This document shows, one piece after another, positions 37,715 through 47,411 of a DNA stretch of 64,000 nucleotides (position 1 is its first letter; every line of letters starts with the position of its first letter). The translations under genes were made by a program, and so were the position numbers. The DNA is from Parcubacteria group bacterium (GTDB taxonomy: Bacteria; Patescibacteriota; Minisyncoccia; Phycocordibacterales; UBA2100): positions 10,610 to 74,609 of the forward strand of contig CALRGX010000004.1 in NCBI GenBank assembly GCA_943358385.1, in the 5' to 3' direction. The notes beneath the pieces are model-generated. The model saw only the letters and a list, made by a program, of their open reading frames with translations. It was not told the DNA's origin and made no database searches.

Positions 37715-37837
37715 GGGCGCACACCATTAGCTTAGTATCCGCTCACTATACACCTCGCCTACAGAACTTGCTGTGGACAGCCACTGTGGTACTGTAACTC
37801 TACAGAGGAATCCCCGCCTCTGGTCTCCCTAGACTTG

Positions 37838-37870
37838 GGCCGCCACGCGTTGGCGGCTCCTTTTTTTGCT
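37838..37870 (+). terminator. plus-strand intrinsic terminator GGGCCGCCA-CGCG-TTGGCGGCTCC + T7
   Basis: Stem-loop followed by TTTTTTT on the plus strand. No plus-strand CDS lies upstream. Confidence 0.5.
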
Positions 37871-37881
37871 CTATATTTCAA

Positions 37882-38814
37882 CTAGTTGCGTAGGTATCGG
37901 TGCACTGCGCCGTAGCTGGAAACGGCACCCAACAGGATCCCCGTCCCAATGATGGCGCCCACTATCATGAAGATATTGTCGGTCACATACGTGAGCGTAT
38001 TGAAATTACCAAAGAATTGCTCGGACGGCTCGGCAAGCCACGCGGCCAGTGGGTACAGCACCATGAGGACAAAGAGACCGGAGGCAATACCGTAGAGAAT
38101 GCCGGAAACCACAAACGGCCCCCGTACATACCACGGCCCTGCCCCCACTAGGCGCATTACGGCAATTTCATCGCGCGAGGTGTAGATGGCCAAACGAATG
38201 GTGTTGAACGCAATCAAGATTGATGCCAGTGCAAGAATAACCGCCACGGTAGTCCCTAGATTTTGCGAAGTCTTTATGATTTCACTGAGGCGGTCGATGG
38301 CGGTTTTGTTTTGTGAGAAGTTCACCTTATCAATAATGCGCGCATCCCCTTCACCCGAAGCGGCCGCAGAACCTTCCAAAAATTTAGAGATAGATTCGTA
38401 CTGATGCGTTTCTTTGGCACGTACGGCAAGCGATGCGCCGAGTGGGTTATCTTCCAATTCGTCGAGTGCCTGAATCGTGAGCTGATCGTTTTTGTGGCGC
38501 TCGCGGAAGCGCGTGAGGGCTTCGTCGCGAGACACGTAGGTGACCACCGCTACCTCTGGCAGTGCCTCGAGCTGTTGCTTCAAATCGAGCATGCCTTGCT
38601 CTGGCGCATCCGTGTAGAAATATACGTTGACATCTACTTTCTCGGTGAGCTGCTCTAGGGTGGCGTTCAATGCTGCGCTCCCTACAATCAAAGCGCCCAT
38701 CACGAAAAGGGTGATGGTCATGATCAAAATTGCAGCAAGCGAAACAAACCCGTTGCGGAAAAAGCCAATCAAACCATAGCGTGTAATTCTTTTTGCGGTG
38801 ACCCAGGCAGACAT
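37882..38814 (-). CDS. ftsX: cell division ABC transporter permease FtsX
   Basis: 310 aa; N-terminal TM, large extracellular loop, 3 C-terminal TM; adjacent to ftsE. Confidence 0.85.
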   Translation of the reverse strand: MSAWVTAKRITRYGLIGFFRNGFVSLAAILIMTITLFVMGALIVGSAALNATLEQLTEKVDVNVYFYTDAPEQGMLDLKQQLEALPEVAVVTYVSRDEALTRFRERHKNDQLTIQALDELEDNPLGASLAVRAKETHQYESISKFLEGSAAASGEGDARIIDKVNFSQNKTAIDRLSEIIKTSQNLGTTVAVILALASILIAFNTIRLAIYTSRDEIAVMRLVGAGPWYVRGPFVVSGILYGIASGLFVLMVLYPLAAWLAEPSEQFFGNFNTLTYVTDNIFMIVGAIIGTGILLGAVSSYGAVHRYLRN

Positions 38815-38930
38815 GGTGACAATAGTTTAAAAATGAAAATAGTGAAATCAATGTGAAAACGCACTACCCTGCGCACATTTCCATTGTAACAGCTTGTTCG
38901 CGCCTGTGCTGCGCTGCCCACACTGTGGCA

Positions 38931-39611
38931 CTAGAAACTGTACTTGCCGCTCTGGTCGTCGCGCACAATACGCCCCTGATCCAAGGTAACGACACGCTTC
39001 CCTACGGAATCAACCACGTTACGGTTGTGCGTGGTCAATAACACCGTGGTACCCAAATCATTAATCTTCTTGAGAATCTGCACCACTTCGTAGGTGTTGA
39101 TCGGGTCGAGGTTTCCTGTAGGTTCATCGGCAATCAAGATGTCGGGCTGGTTTACAATCGCGCGGGCAATGGCAACGCGCTGCTGCTCTCCACCAGAAAG
39201 CTCTTTTGGAAAATTCCACATTTTGTCGGCAAGGTCGACAAGCTCGAGCACGTACGGCACATCGGCAATAATGTCTTCATCTGGCCGGCCTGATGCCTCC
39301 ATGGCAAACGCGATGTTTTCGTACACGGTTTTTGTGGGGAGCAAACGGAAGTCCTGAAACACGGTGCCAATTTGGCGACGCATCTGTATGAGCTCGCGGT
39401 TGGTGAGCTCGTGAATAGCTCGCTCGTTAAAAAGGACTGAGCCCGTGGTTGGGCTCTCTTCGGCAAAAAGCATTTTCAAAAGGGTAGTCTTTCCTGCGCC
39501 AGAATGGCCCACGATTGAAACGAACTCTCCAGGCTCGATACCCAATGTAATATCAGTAATCGCCGGAGTACCGGCGCTGTAGACTTTGCTGACGTTGTCG
39601 AAATAAATCAT
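38931..39611 (-). CDS. ftsE: cell division ATP-binding protein FtsE
   Basis: GHSGAGKTT Walker [27 protein letters not shown]. Confidence 0.9.
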   Translation of the reverse strand: MIYFDNVSKVYSAGTPAITDITLGIEPGEFVSIVGHSGAGKTTLLKMLFAEESPTTGSVLFNERAIHELTNRELIQMRRQIGTVFQDFRLLPTKTVYENIAFAMEASGRPDEDIIADVPYVLELVDLADKMWNFPKELSGGEQQRVAIARAIVNQPDILIADEPTGNLDPINTYEVVQILKKINDLGTTVLLTTHNRNVVDSVGKRVVTLDQGRIVRDDQSGKYSF

Positions 39612-39771
39612 GAGAACAGGTGTTAGGTATTAGGGACCAGGTGCCAGGAATGCGCAACAGAAAGCTGACACAATTTATTATAACGCATCCACCTGGCTCT
39701 CCAAGTCTTTCCACAGAGCGCCCTATATGATGATGGTACTTCGAGAAACCTCACCCCGTACAAATATCGGC

Positions 39772-40650
39772 TTACTGTGCACCTTTCGTAGCAGCATCGA
39801 TGAACGATTGAATGTCGCCGTTCAATATCGCGTCAATGTCGCGGCGCTCTTCTTCGGTGCGATGATCTTTTACCATCTGGTATGGGTGCAATACATAGGA
39901 GCGAATTTGGCTCCCCCACTCGATTGAGGTTGTAGCGGAAAGCGAGAGCCCGCGCGCGAGCCGCTCTTGATCTTCCTGCTGTTTTTTGAAGAGCTTACCG
40001 CGGAGCATTTCAAGTGCCTTCTCTCTGTTTTGAAGCTGACTGCGCTCGGAAGTAACGTGCACGGTAAAGCCTGTGGGCTTATGGGTGGCCCGCACTGCCG
40101 TTTCGCGCTTGTTTACATTCTGACCACCGGGGCCACCTGCTTTTGCAAATATCACCTCCACATCGGATTCATTCATTTCCACCGCGCTTTTATCTTCCAA
40201 TTTCGGCACTACTTCCACCATAGAAAAACTCGTCTGCCTTTTCCCCTGCGCATTGAACGGCGACATGCGCACCAGACGATGCACCCCGTTTTCATGCTTG
40301 AGTGCGCCATAGACATTTTTACCATTAATTTCAAAAGATATATTGCGCAACCCTGCCGAGCTCCTGTTTTCGGTGAGCACCGACCACTTCCACCCGCGGT
40401 TTTCTATGTAGCGGCGGTACATCTCAAAAAGCATAACTGAGAAATCTTCTGCATCATCGCCGCCCGCGCCGCTGAAAATGGTGATGATGGCATCGCCACG
40501 GTCGTACACTCCTACCCCATCGAGTTGTGCTTTCAAATCTTGATGTTCTTTAATCGTTGCCTGGGCCTTGTCTTTATTCGCCCAAAAAGAAGGATCTCCC
40601 ATGAGTACTTCGATTTCGGCAATACGAGCCTCTATGACTTCTTTGGGCAT
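39772..40650 (-). CDS. prfB: peptide chain release factor 2 (N-terminally short, no programmed frameshift detected)
   Basis: SPF tripeptide (RF2 specific), GGQ motif (GGPGGQNVNK); 292 aa. Confidence 0.8.
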   Translation of the reverse strand: MPKEVIEARIAEIEVLMGDPSFWANKDKAQATIKEHQDLKAQLDGVGVYDRGDAIITIFSGAGGDDAEDFSVMLFEMYRRYIENRGWKWSVLTENRSSAGLRNISFEINGKNVYGALKHENGVHRLVRMSPFNAQGKRQTSFSMVEVVPKLEDKSAVEMNESDVEVIFAKAGGPGGQNVNKRETAVRATHKPTGFTVHVTSERSQLQNREKALEMLRGKLFKKQQEDQERLARGLSLSATTSIEWGSQIRSYVLHPYQMVKDHRTEEERRDIDAILNGDIQSFIDAATKGAQ

Positions 40651-40739
40651 GGCTGCATTATAGCTTTTCTGCCTATTTGGGCGAACAAACAGTGCGGTGC
40701 ACGCTTTTAGTAGTGCAGAGCCGTGTTATACATTGATAC

Positions 40740-41165
40740 ATGGAAGGACCACCAAGGAGAAAGCCTAGCCTGGCTGAATCGGCAAACTATCAAGGCAACG
40801 CAACGCTGCTTATGCTCGAACGGATTGCTCACCCGAAAATCCGCAAGCAAATTGTTGACACCAAGGTTGCAATAGAAGAAATGTGGGAGCCCCCTGAAAC
40901 GCGCGAGGCAATTGAAAAAGATCTCGATGAACACATACACATCGCCGCCACGAAGACGAGAATTTCTCATGACGACTCACACCCTACTACCAACACTATT
41001 CCACTCAAATGGACTATGCATGGTCAGCGCCCAAGTATCCAGCAGTTAAGTGTCGTAGAGGCTCACGAGAAAGGTCATCTGATACGCCCTTACGGATTAT
41101 ATGGTGATTTTTTTAAAAAAGGTTTCGACTCAGCCGCATGCTCTGTAGATGAATCTAGGTTATAA
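40740..41165 (+). CDS. hypothetical protein with HExxH motif (possible ImmA/IrrE-like zinc metallopeptidase)
   Basis: VVEAHEKGHLIRPYG; local GC is lower than in the flanks; 141 aa. Confidence 0.45.
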   Translation: MEGPPRRKPSLAESANYQGNATLLMLERIAHPKIRKQIVDTKVAIEEMWEPPETREAIEKDLDEHIHIAATKTRISHDDSHPTTNTIPLKWTMHGQRPSIQQLSVVEAHEKGHLIRPYGLYGDFFKKGFDSAACSVDESRL

Positions 41166-41168
41166 GCG

Positions 41169-41447
41169 ATGCGCGAGATGCATCCTACGGAAAGCAACGA
41201 GGCGCTTCGTGAATCAGTGGTTGAAGCTATCTTAAACCCTATGGAGATAGCCGAAAGAATGGCTCAGCTCAAAAATTATTTCGGCATGAAAGGCGATGAG
41301 CTCTTTACCTCAGAGCACCTTGCATATGCACGCATGAGTTACGTCAGAGATACTGGCTTAGATAACGACATGACGCTGTTTTTGCAAGCCATTACGCCAG
41401 AAACAGAGCCCGAATTTATACGCCTGATTAATTCCTCGGGCATATAA
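41169..41447 (+). CDS. hypothetical 92-aa protein, translationally adjacent to the HExxH gene
   Basis: ATG lies 1 nt after the preceding stop (TAA-G-ATG). Confidence 0.4.
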   Translation: MREMHPTESNEALRESVVEAILNPMEIAERMAQLKNYFGMKGDELFTSEHLAYARMSYVRDTGLDNDMTLFLQAITPETEPEFIRLINSSGI

Positions 41448-41577
41448 TCTTTATTGCATGAACACCCTTTGACAAGCCAGTAATGCAGACGCACAAGTAC
41501 CCGGATTTCGGTGTCAACTATCTATATAGGGCTGCATAAAACTGGCACAATCGGGTAAAAATAAGTATGCTGCGAGT

Positions 41578-42714
41578 GTGTTCTCGTTCAAGATTCTCAA
41601 GAAGTCAGAGAAGTCCAAGGCGCGCTTGGGCGTATTTTCTACACCTCATGGTGATATAGAAACACCTGCGTTTGTGCCTGTAGCCACCCGTGCGTCCGTT
41701 CGTGCACTTCCTGCACAGGCTATCGCGGATGCTGGTTCGCAGCTCCTTATCAGCAACACCTTCCACCTGCACCTCACCCCTGGCGAGCAAGTGGTGAAAG
41801 AGGCCGGTGGTATCCATCGCTTCATGAATTGGAACAAGCCACTGATGACCGATTCTGGCGGTTTTCAGGTGTTGAGTTTTGGTTTTGGGCGCGAACATTC
41901 AACCGGTGCCATGAAAGAAAAGCAAGGCGAGCGCAGTGTGGATGAAAAAACACCATCAGGCATAAAAATCACCGAAGAGGGCGTTGAGTTTCGTTCACCC
42001 AAGGATGGCCGAAAACTGTTCATGGGACCCAAGGAATCTATCCGTATTCAAGAAGATGTTGGCGCAGATATTATTTTTGCATTTGATGAAGCCACTTCTC
42101 CATTGACCACACGCGAATACATGCGCACATCACTGGATCGCACCCACCGCTGGGCGCAGGTGTGCCTCGATGTAAAGACGCGCAACGACCAAGCGCTCTT
42201 TGGTATCGTGCAAGGATCCGAGTTTGACGACCTGCGCAGCGAGAGCGCGACAACCATCGGTGCCATGCCGTTTGGTGGCTTTGGTATTGGTGGAGAGTAC
42301 GGTATCGATAAAGAAGCAATGGCGCAGCGCCTCGCGTTGGTAACAACACTACTGCCCGAAAATAAACCACGGCACGTATTGGGTGTGGGCCACCCCGAAG
42401 ACTTCTCGCCGGTTGCACGCGGTGGAGGCGACACATTCGATTGCATCACCCCTACCCACTACGCGCGCCATGGCACCTTGTTCACTTCCACTGGCCGACT
42501 GAACATGCGTAATGCTGAGTATGTGCACGCGCACGTGCCGATTGATACCGAGTGTTCTTGTGCCGTGTGTGCATCGTACTCGCGCGCATACCTTTCTCAC
42601 CTCATCCGTGCGAGCGAACCAACGGGCATGGTACTCGCTACGATGCACAATGTGCACTATTTCAACATTCTTGCTAAAAAAGTGCGCGAGCAGATTGCAT
42701 TGGGGGAACTCTAG
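41578..42714 (+). CDS. tgt: queuine tRNA-ribosyltransferase
   Basis: LISNTFHLHL, DSGGFQV, zinc site CSCAVCASYSRAYLSHL; a terminator follows at 42722-42751. Confidence 0.9.
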   Translation: MFSFKILKKSEKSKARLGVFSTPHGDIETPAFVPVATRASVRALPAQAIADAGSQLLISNTFHLHLTPGEQVVKEAGGIHRFMNWNKPLMTDSGGFQVLSFGFGREHSTGAMKEKQGERSVDEKTPSGIKITEEGVEFRSPKDGRKLFMGPKESIRIQEDVGADIIFAFDEATSPLTTREYMRTSLDRTHRWAQVCLDVKTRNDQALFGIVQGSEFDDLRSESATTIGAMPFGGFGIGGEYGIDKEAMAQRLALVTTLLPENKPRHVLGVGHPEDFSPVARGGGDTFDCITPTHYARHGTLFTSTGRLNMRNAEYVHAHVPIDTECSCAVCASYSRAYLSHLIRASEPTGMVLATMHNVHYFNILAKKVREQIALGEL

Positions 42715-42763
42715 TATAAGAAATAAGTGACGGCCCCGCGCATGCGCGGGGCCGTTCGTATAG

Positions 42764-43261
42764 TCAATCGTAGAACATCGCGTTCGTCACCAGCGACCAC
42801 TGCTCTTGCTTGCCATGGGGCGCAAGTACCGTAATCGCTTCAGACACCGTGATGAGTCCCGCTTGGCGTGCCACTGCCAGCATGAAGGCTTCGTCCATCA
42901 ATTCAGGAAACCCTGAAAACGACAGAATCCAGCCACCAGGTGTACGAATGGCACCTCCCCAGCGCATCCTTTCGGGCGCACGGCTTTGGTAGCTGCTCCG
43001 ATGACCTTCGCCAAAGTGGTTAGCAAGGCGGTCCGCTTTCTCCTGTGCAAACTCCCAATACTTCAAGGCCTTTTGCTCCTCGTAGGTACCGGCAAGCATG
43101 GTTGCGTGTGCATCCAACCAACCAAATGAGTCGTGCACATGCCGACAATGAAATGCGCCGCCAGTGCGCCGCTCAGGGCACAACTCGCCAACCATGTCGA
43201 CATACTCGTGCACGAGCCGCATTAGTTCACTGCACGTTGCTGCACTGTGCTTATCCATCAT
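42764..43261 (-). CDS. hypothetical His-rich protein (possible DinB/metal-dependent hydrolase-like)
   Basis: ORF trimmed to MMDKHS... to avoid overlapping the queA start; divergent from queA. Confidence 0.4.
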   Translation of the reverse strand: MMDKHSAATCSELMRLVHEYVDMVGELCPERRTGGAFHCRHVHDSFGWLDAHATMLAGTYEEQKALKYWEFAQEKADRLANHFGEGHRSSYQSRAPERMRWGGAIRTPGGWILSFSGFPELMDEAFMLAVARQAGLITVSEAITVLAPHGKQEQWSLVTNAMFYD

Positions 43262-43323
43262 TCTCTCCTCACGTTTGCGAAGGCTTGCACCGGTATACCA
43301 GCGATGTAGTATCGAGGCAAGGT

Positions 43324-44361
43324 ATGAAATCTTCATTTGAAACATTGCTTGATACCTATGACTACCCACTCCCGAAGGAGCGTATTGGATTTGTGCCGCG
43401 CGAACCGCGCGATAGTGCCAAACTATTGGTATATGACCCATCCACAGCGGGAACTTCTGAAACAACGTTCGCCTGCCTTGCCGACGTCCTCCCGCCGCAC
43501 GCGCTCCTTGTTTTTAATAACACGAAAGTGCTCCCAGCACGCATCTATGCAAAAAAGAAAACGGGGGGTGTTGTTGAGATACTCTGCACCACACTGAACC
43601 TTCCAGATAATACTTGCATTGCAAAGGCGAATAAAAAACTGGCAGAGGGCGACATTCTCACCACCGACCACGGCACACTTACGGTGCAGAGTGCAACTGG
43701 CGATTACATTTTCAAAGCAGCACCATCGCTTGCAACGATTCTAGAACGATCAGGGACCACCCCAATCCCTCCCTATTTGAAACACACTCCCCTACCCGAA
43801 GCAGTATTGAAAGAACGTTACCAAACTATTTTTGCGAAGGAACTTGGCTCAATTGCCGCACCCACGGCATCGCTGCATTTCACCGACTCGCTATTTTCAG
43901 CATTACACGAGAGAGGCATCGAGACGGTGGAAACAACACTCCACGTAAATCTGGGAACATTCGCACCACTTACCGAAGAGGCAATTGAGAGCGGCAGATT
44001 GCACGAAGAGCGCTACGAGATTTCTGAAGCGGCGGCGGCTATCATTAACACAGCAAAAGACACGGGGCGCCCGATTATTGCAGTGGGCACCACTGCCTTG
44101 CGCACTCTGGAAAGCGCGGCTGCAAACGGGCGCGTGTTGCCAGGCACCGCAACAACACGGCTATTTATCCGTGAAGGATTCACTTTCCAGATATGTGATG
44201 GGCTCATCACAAACTTTCACGTCCCTCGATCAAGTTTGATGATGCTCGTTGCCGCACTCATTGGTCGCGAACGATTGCTCGCGCTGTATGTGGAAGCAGC
44301 GGCACGCGATTTTAAGTTTCTTTCATTTGGTGATGGCATGCTGATACTTCCCAAAAAGTAG
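43324..44361 (+). CDS. queA: S-adenosylmethionine:tRNA ribosyltransferase-isomerase
   Basis: MKSSFETLLDTYDYPLPKERIGFVP N-terminus; start at the internal ATG at 43324; 346 aa. Confidence 0.85.
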   Translation: MKSSFETLLDTYDYPLPKERIGFVPREPRDSAKLLVYDPSTAGTSETTFACLADVLPPHALLVFNNTKVLPARIYAKKKTGGVVEILCTTLNLPDNTCIAKANKKLAEGDILTTDHGTLTVQSATGDYIFKAAPSLATILERSGTTPIPPYLKHTPLPEAVLKERYQTIFAKELGSIAAPTASLHFTDSLFSALHERGIETVETTLHVNLGTFAPLTEEAIESGRLHEERYEISEAAAAIINTAKDTGRPIIAVGTTALRTLESAAANGRVLPGTATTRLFIREGFTFQICDGLITNFHVPRSSLMMLVAALIGRERLLALYVEAAARDFKFLSFGDGMLILPKK

Positions 44362-44396
44362 AGAGCCCTGCACATAGCAGAGCTCTCGAAACAACA

Positions 44397-44813
44397 TCAC
44401 AGCAAGAAGAGTGCCGCGACCGCGACGCCGATCATGATTTTCACCTGATCACCGCCCACTTTCACGCACTGCAGATCGTACTGCACCGCGAATTGTGGGT
44501 AGTCGTCGTCCAGAGCGCCAATGACCCGAGCACCACGAAGCGATTCGTGACTGCCGGGCCCCAGGATACTCATGAAGTGACAATGATTCAGCACACGCGT
44601 TTCCTCGCTGAGAACGAATTTCCAACCCATTGCGGTATTGAGGCGATGAATGGAGCCGTCACTCAGGACGATAATGCGCGCGTCTGGCTCGTGGAGCTTT
44701 TTCAGCACCGTCACGAGCTCATCCTGCACGGGTGTTGGTGGCACGATGGCGCCTTCTGCCAAGGCGGGCAGTGGGCTCAGCAACAGCGCGGCAATCGCCA
44801 GTATTTTCCACAT
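44397..44813 (-). CDS. secreted hypothetical protein
   Basis: Signal peptide MWKILAIAALLLSPLPALA; 138 aa. Confidence 0.45.
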   Translation of the reverse strand: MWKILAIAALLLSPLPALAEGAIVPPTPVQDELVTVLKKLHEPDARIIVLSDGSIHRLNTAMGWKFVLSEETRVLNHCHFMSILGPGSHESLRGARVIGALDDDYPQFAVQYDLQCVKVGGDQVKIMIGVAVAALFLL

Positions 44814-44935
44814 GTGGTGGTCCTCCTGTAAGCGAACTTTCCCAGTCCTCAGGTAAGTATCTACCCGTCATATCTTGCACGCAAGGCATAAAAAGCTATG
44901 TCAATAGCTACCCGTTGTAGGGTTTTTTGCATTTG

Positions 44936-45008
44936 AGCCGAAGGCCGGAATTGAACCGGCGACCCATCCCTTACGAAGGGATTGCTCTACCAACTGAGCT
45001 ACTTCGGC
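44936..45008 (-). tRNA. tRNA-Thr (anticodon CGU), no encoded CCA
   Basis: Acceptor GCCGAAG/CTTCGGC, anticodon stem ATCCC/GGGAT with loop TTCGTAA, T-loop TTCAATT. Confidence 0.8.
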
Positions 45009-45252
45009 GAGTGAGAGGCGAAACGGACACTTGTGTACGCTTCCCTCGAGCGCTGCCGAAGAAAGCTATGCTTACTTCGGCAAACGAAGAGCAAAATGGG
45101 CACTAATGCACATTTTGGCTGAGTGCCGCCGAAGCAAACTTATTTACTACGGCGTTTCGAAAGAATAGTACACATCCGCTCATTCCTCAACTATCCCCAC
45201 CTTTCTGTTAGAATGGGCAAGGTTATTATTTTTCGGCTTTTCTTAATCATTC

Positions 45253-46242
45253 ATGAACAAGCTTTTTCTGTGGCCCTGCATTATTTCAGTAGCGAGCTTA
45301 GGCCTCATTGGCTACCTCCAAGGGACCGCCGCCTTATTTATCGCCATACTTCTAGTAGCGCTTGAAGTCTCTCTATCCTTTGATAATGCCGTCGTAAACG
45401 CCCGAGTATTGATGCGCATGACACCCGTGTGGCAACAGCGCTTCCTCACGTGGGGTATGTTTTTTGCCGTCTTTCTCACGCGCGCCGTTCTCCCTATCAT
45501 CATTGTCGCTGTATCCGTATGGGCAAGCCCGATTGCCATTGCCACTTTGGCATTTGCCGACCCAAAAGAGTATGGAAACCTCCTGGAAGGTGCACATTAT
45601 GTCATCAACTCATTTGGTGCAGTGTTCTTACTACTCGTCGGTTTGAAATATTTCTTCGACGACGCAAAGGACACGCATTGGCTTGAGATAATTGAAAAAT
45701 ACCTCTCTCGCTGGGGCAGTGTTGCTGCTATTGAGATTGCGGTTGTACTGATACTTCTTTTGGGTGCTGCATACATGGTACCGGCGCACGCGGTCGAGAT
45801 TCTGATGGCGGGCATCGTAGGTATGATCACTTTCATATTGGTGCAAGGTATGGCGAGCGCCTTTTCTGTGGATGAAGAGCAGGTGCATCGTGCAGGCTTA
45901 GCGCTGTTCCTGTACCTGAATGTACTGGACGCAGCATTCTCCCTGGATAGCGTTGTGGGAGCCTTTGCACTCTCCACTGACCTGCTGACCATCGTTGTAG
46001 GTCTCGGTGTGGGTGCCTATTTTGTGCGTACGCTCACGGTTTACATGGTGCGCGGCAAGACTCTGGATTCTTACCTCTACTTAGAGCACGGCGCTCACTG
46101 GGCAATACTTGGCCTCGCGCTCGCCATGCTTTTTGGTTTGATTATGCACGTACCCGAGCCAGTTACTGGGCTTGTAGGTATGATATTTATTGGTCTCGCA
46201 TTTTATTCATCAATGAAGCTTACGCGGCAAACTGCAAAATAA
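45253..46242 (+). CDS. TerC/DUF475-family integral membrane protein
   Basis: LEVSLSFDNAVVNA motif; 8+ TM; 329 aa. Confidence 0.5.
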   Translation: MNKLFLWPCIISVASLGLIGYLQGTAALFIAILLVALEVSLSFDNAVVNARVLMRMTPVWQQRFLTWGMFFAVFLTRAVLPIIIVAVSVWASPIAIATLAFADPKEYGNLLEGAHYVINSFGAVFLLLVGLKYFFDDAKDTHWLEIIEKYLSRWGSVAAIEIAVVLILLLGAAYMVPAHAVEILMAGIVGMITFILVQGMASAFSVDEEQVHRAGLALFLYLNVLDAAFSLDSVVGAFALSTDLLTIVVGLGVGAYFVRTLTVYMVRGKTLDSYLYLEHGAHWAILGLALAMLFGLIMHVPEPVTGLVGMIFIGLAFYSSMKLTRQTAK

Positions 46243-46246
46243 AACT

Positions 46247-46459
46247 ATGCGTGTCCTGATTCCAAAACATATCCGCCGAGCACTCGTCACTGTCTTAGGT
46301 GTCGTCCTGGTGTGGCGCGGCATCTGGCTCGTCCTCGATTGGATTGATATTGCTTTCTTTGGCGGGAACCACGCCATCACAGGGATACTCGGCATCATGG
46401 CGGGCGTCGCGATTCTGTACTATCCCGACCATCGCTTAGATGAGCTGCAGAAACTATAG
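46247..46459 (+). CDS. small 2-TM membrane protein co-transcribed with the TerC-like gene
   Basis: 70 aa; 4-nt gap; a terminator follows at 46476-46505. Confidence 0.45.
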   Translation: MRVLIPKHIRRALVTVLGVVLVWRGIWLVLDWIDIAFFGGNHAITGILGIMAGVAILYYPDHRLDELQKL

Positions 46460-46535
46460 TTTGAAAAGAATAAAGGGGCAGGCGAATTGTCGCCTGCCCC
46501 TTTTGGTTTTTGTGTTGCCACCTTCGCTGTGTACG

Positions 46536-47411
46536 TTACTTCGGCCAGTACGAGTAGCGCACCGGTTCGCGATAGTCACGAACGCGCACGTCCATGGCCT
46601 CAATTTTCATTTCGGCCCAGTCGTAGACCGGTTTGTGGACGAAGTAGAAACACTCGCACAGAAGCGCGCCGCAGGCTGCACCGACTTCCCAGCTGCCTAA
46701 AAGCAGACCAAACAGTCCACCAATAAGCGAACCAAACCCAGCTGCTGTGACTGCTGTGCTGTTTACCTCAGCAAAGAATTGCGCAGTGAACAGCGCATAA
46801 GCTTTCGTGAAGCGACCAAACCAGCCGATGCCAGCAGGGATGCCGACGAAACAATGGTAGCCGAGATAGAGCGGCAATACGACCGGGTTATAGATTGCAG
46901 CCGCTTTAACAGCAATGCGCGGCAAGCCCGCGAGAATCCCCTCCGTCTGCGAACCACCGCGATTGCTTTCCTCCTCGAGTGACCCGAGGACGCAAAAGAG
47001 TGCGACGACCGTAGACATGAAGAGTGCGATTGCGAGACCGGCGGTCATTCCTTCGACTGAGAAGTCCCGGACGACGGTTTGCCACGCCTCACCCTGCGTG
47101 AAATAGGCGGGTGTGCGCATGTATAGAGCTGTCGCAATGAACATGCATCCCCAGCTGAAGAAGAGCGTGGTCAAGGCAGCCGTGATCACCGTGTAACTCG
47201 TCCACCACATCTTCCAGTGGTTGAAGTTCCAGAGAAAAGCGGCAAGACGTACCACTCCTCTCGCGAGGCCGACGATGTCGCCAATCACGGCACCTGCCAC
47301 CATGCCGAGCACGAGGCCTAGACCCCAATGCATGACATGCATCGAAAGCCAGGCACCGAGGCCAGCACCAATAAAGGCACCGATTGGACGCGTGTAGTCG
47401 ACAACTGTCAT
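46536..47411 (-). CDS. Gly-rich polytopic membrane protein, unknown function
   Basis: 291 aa; multiple GxxxG helices. Confidence 0.45.
   Translation of the reverse strand: MTVVDYTRPIGAFIGAGLGAWLSMHVMHWGLGLVLGMVAGAVIGDIVGLARGVVRLAAFLWNFNHWKMWWTSYTVITAALTTLFFSWGCMFIATALYMRTPAYFTQGEAWQTVVRDFSVEGMTAGLAIALFMSTVVALFCVLGSLEEESNRGGSQTEGILAGLPRIAVKAAAIYNPVVLPLYLGYHCFVGIPAGIGWFGRFTKAYALFTAQFFAEVNSTAVTAAGFGSLIGGLFGLLLGSWEVGAACGALLCECFYFVHKPVYDWAEMKIEAMDVRVRDYREPVRYSYWPK

Noticed and set aside
41166-41171. Single fused HExxH gene interrupted by a frameshift or stop (40740-41447)
   Set aside because: The TAA stop is followed after 1 nt by an in-frame-shifted ATG, which is equally compatible with two coupled genes. 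Without homologues I cannot call a pseudogene.
45100-45252. Possible yybP-ykoY (Mn2+) riboswitch upstream of the TerC-family gene
   Set aside because: I looked for the conserved GGGGAGUAG / UUGAC-type elements and found none. Only an ordinary AT-rich promoter region is visible.
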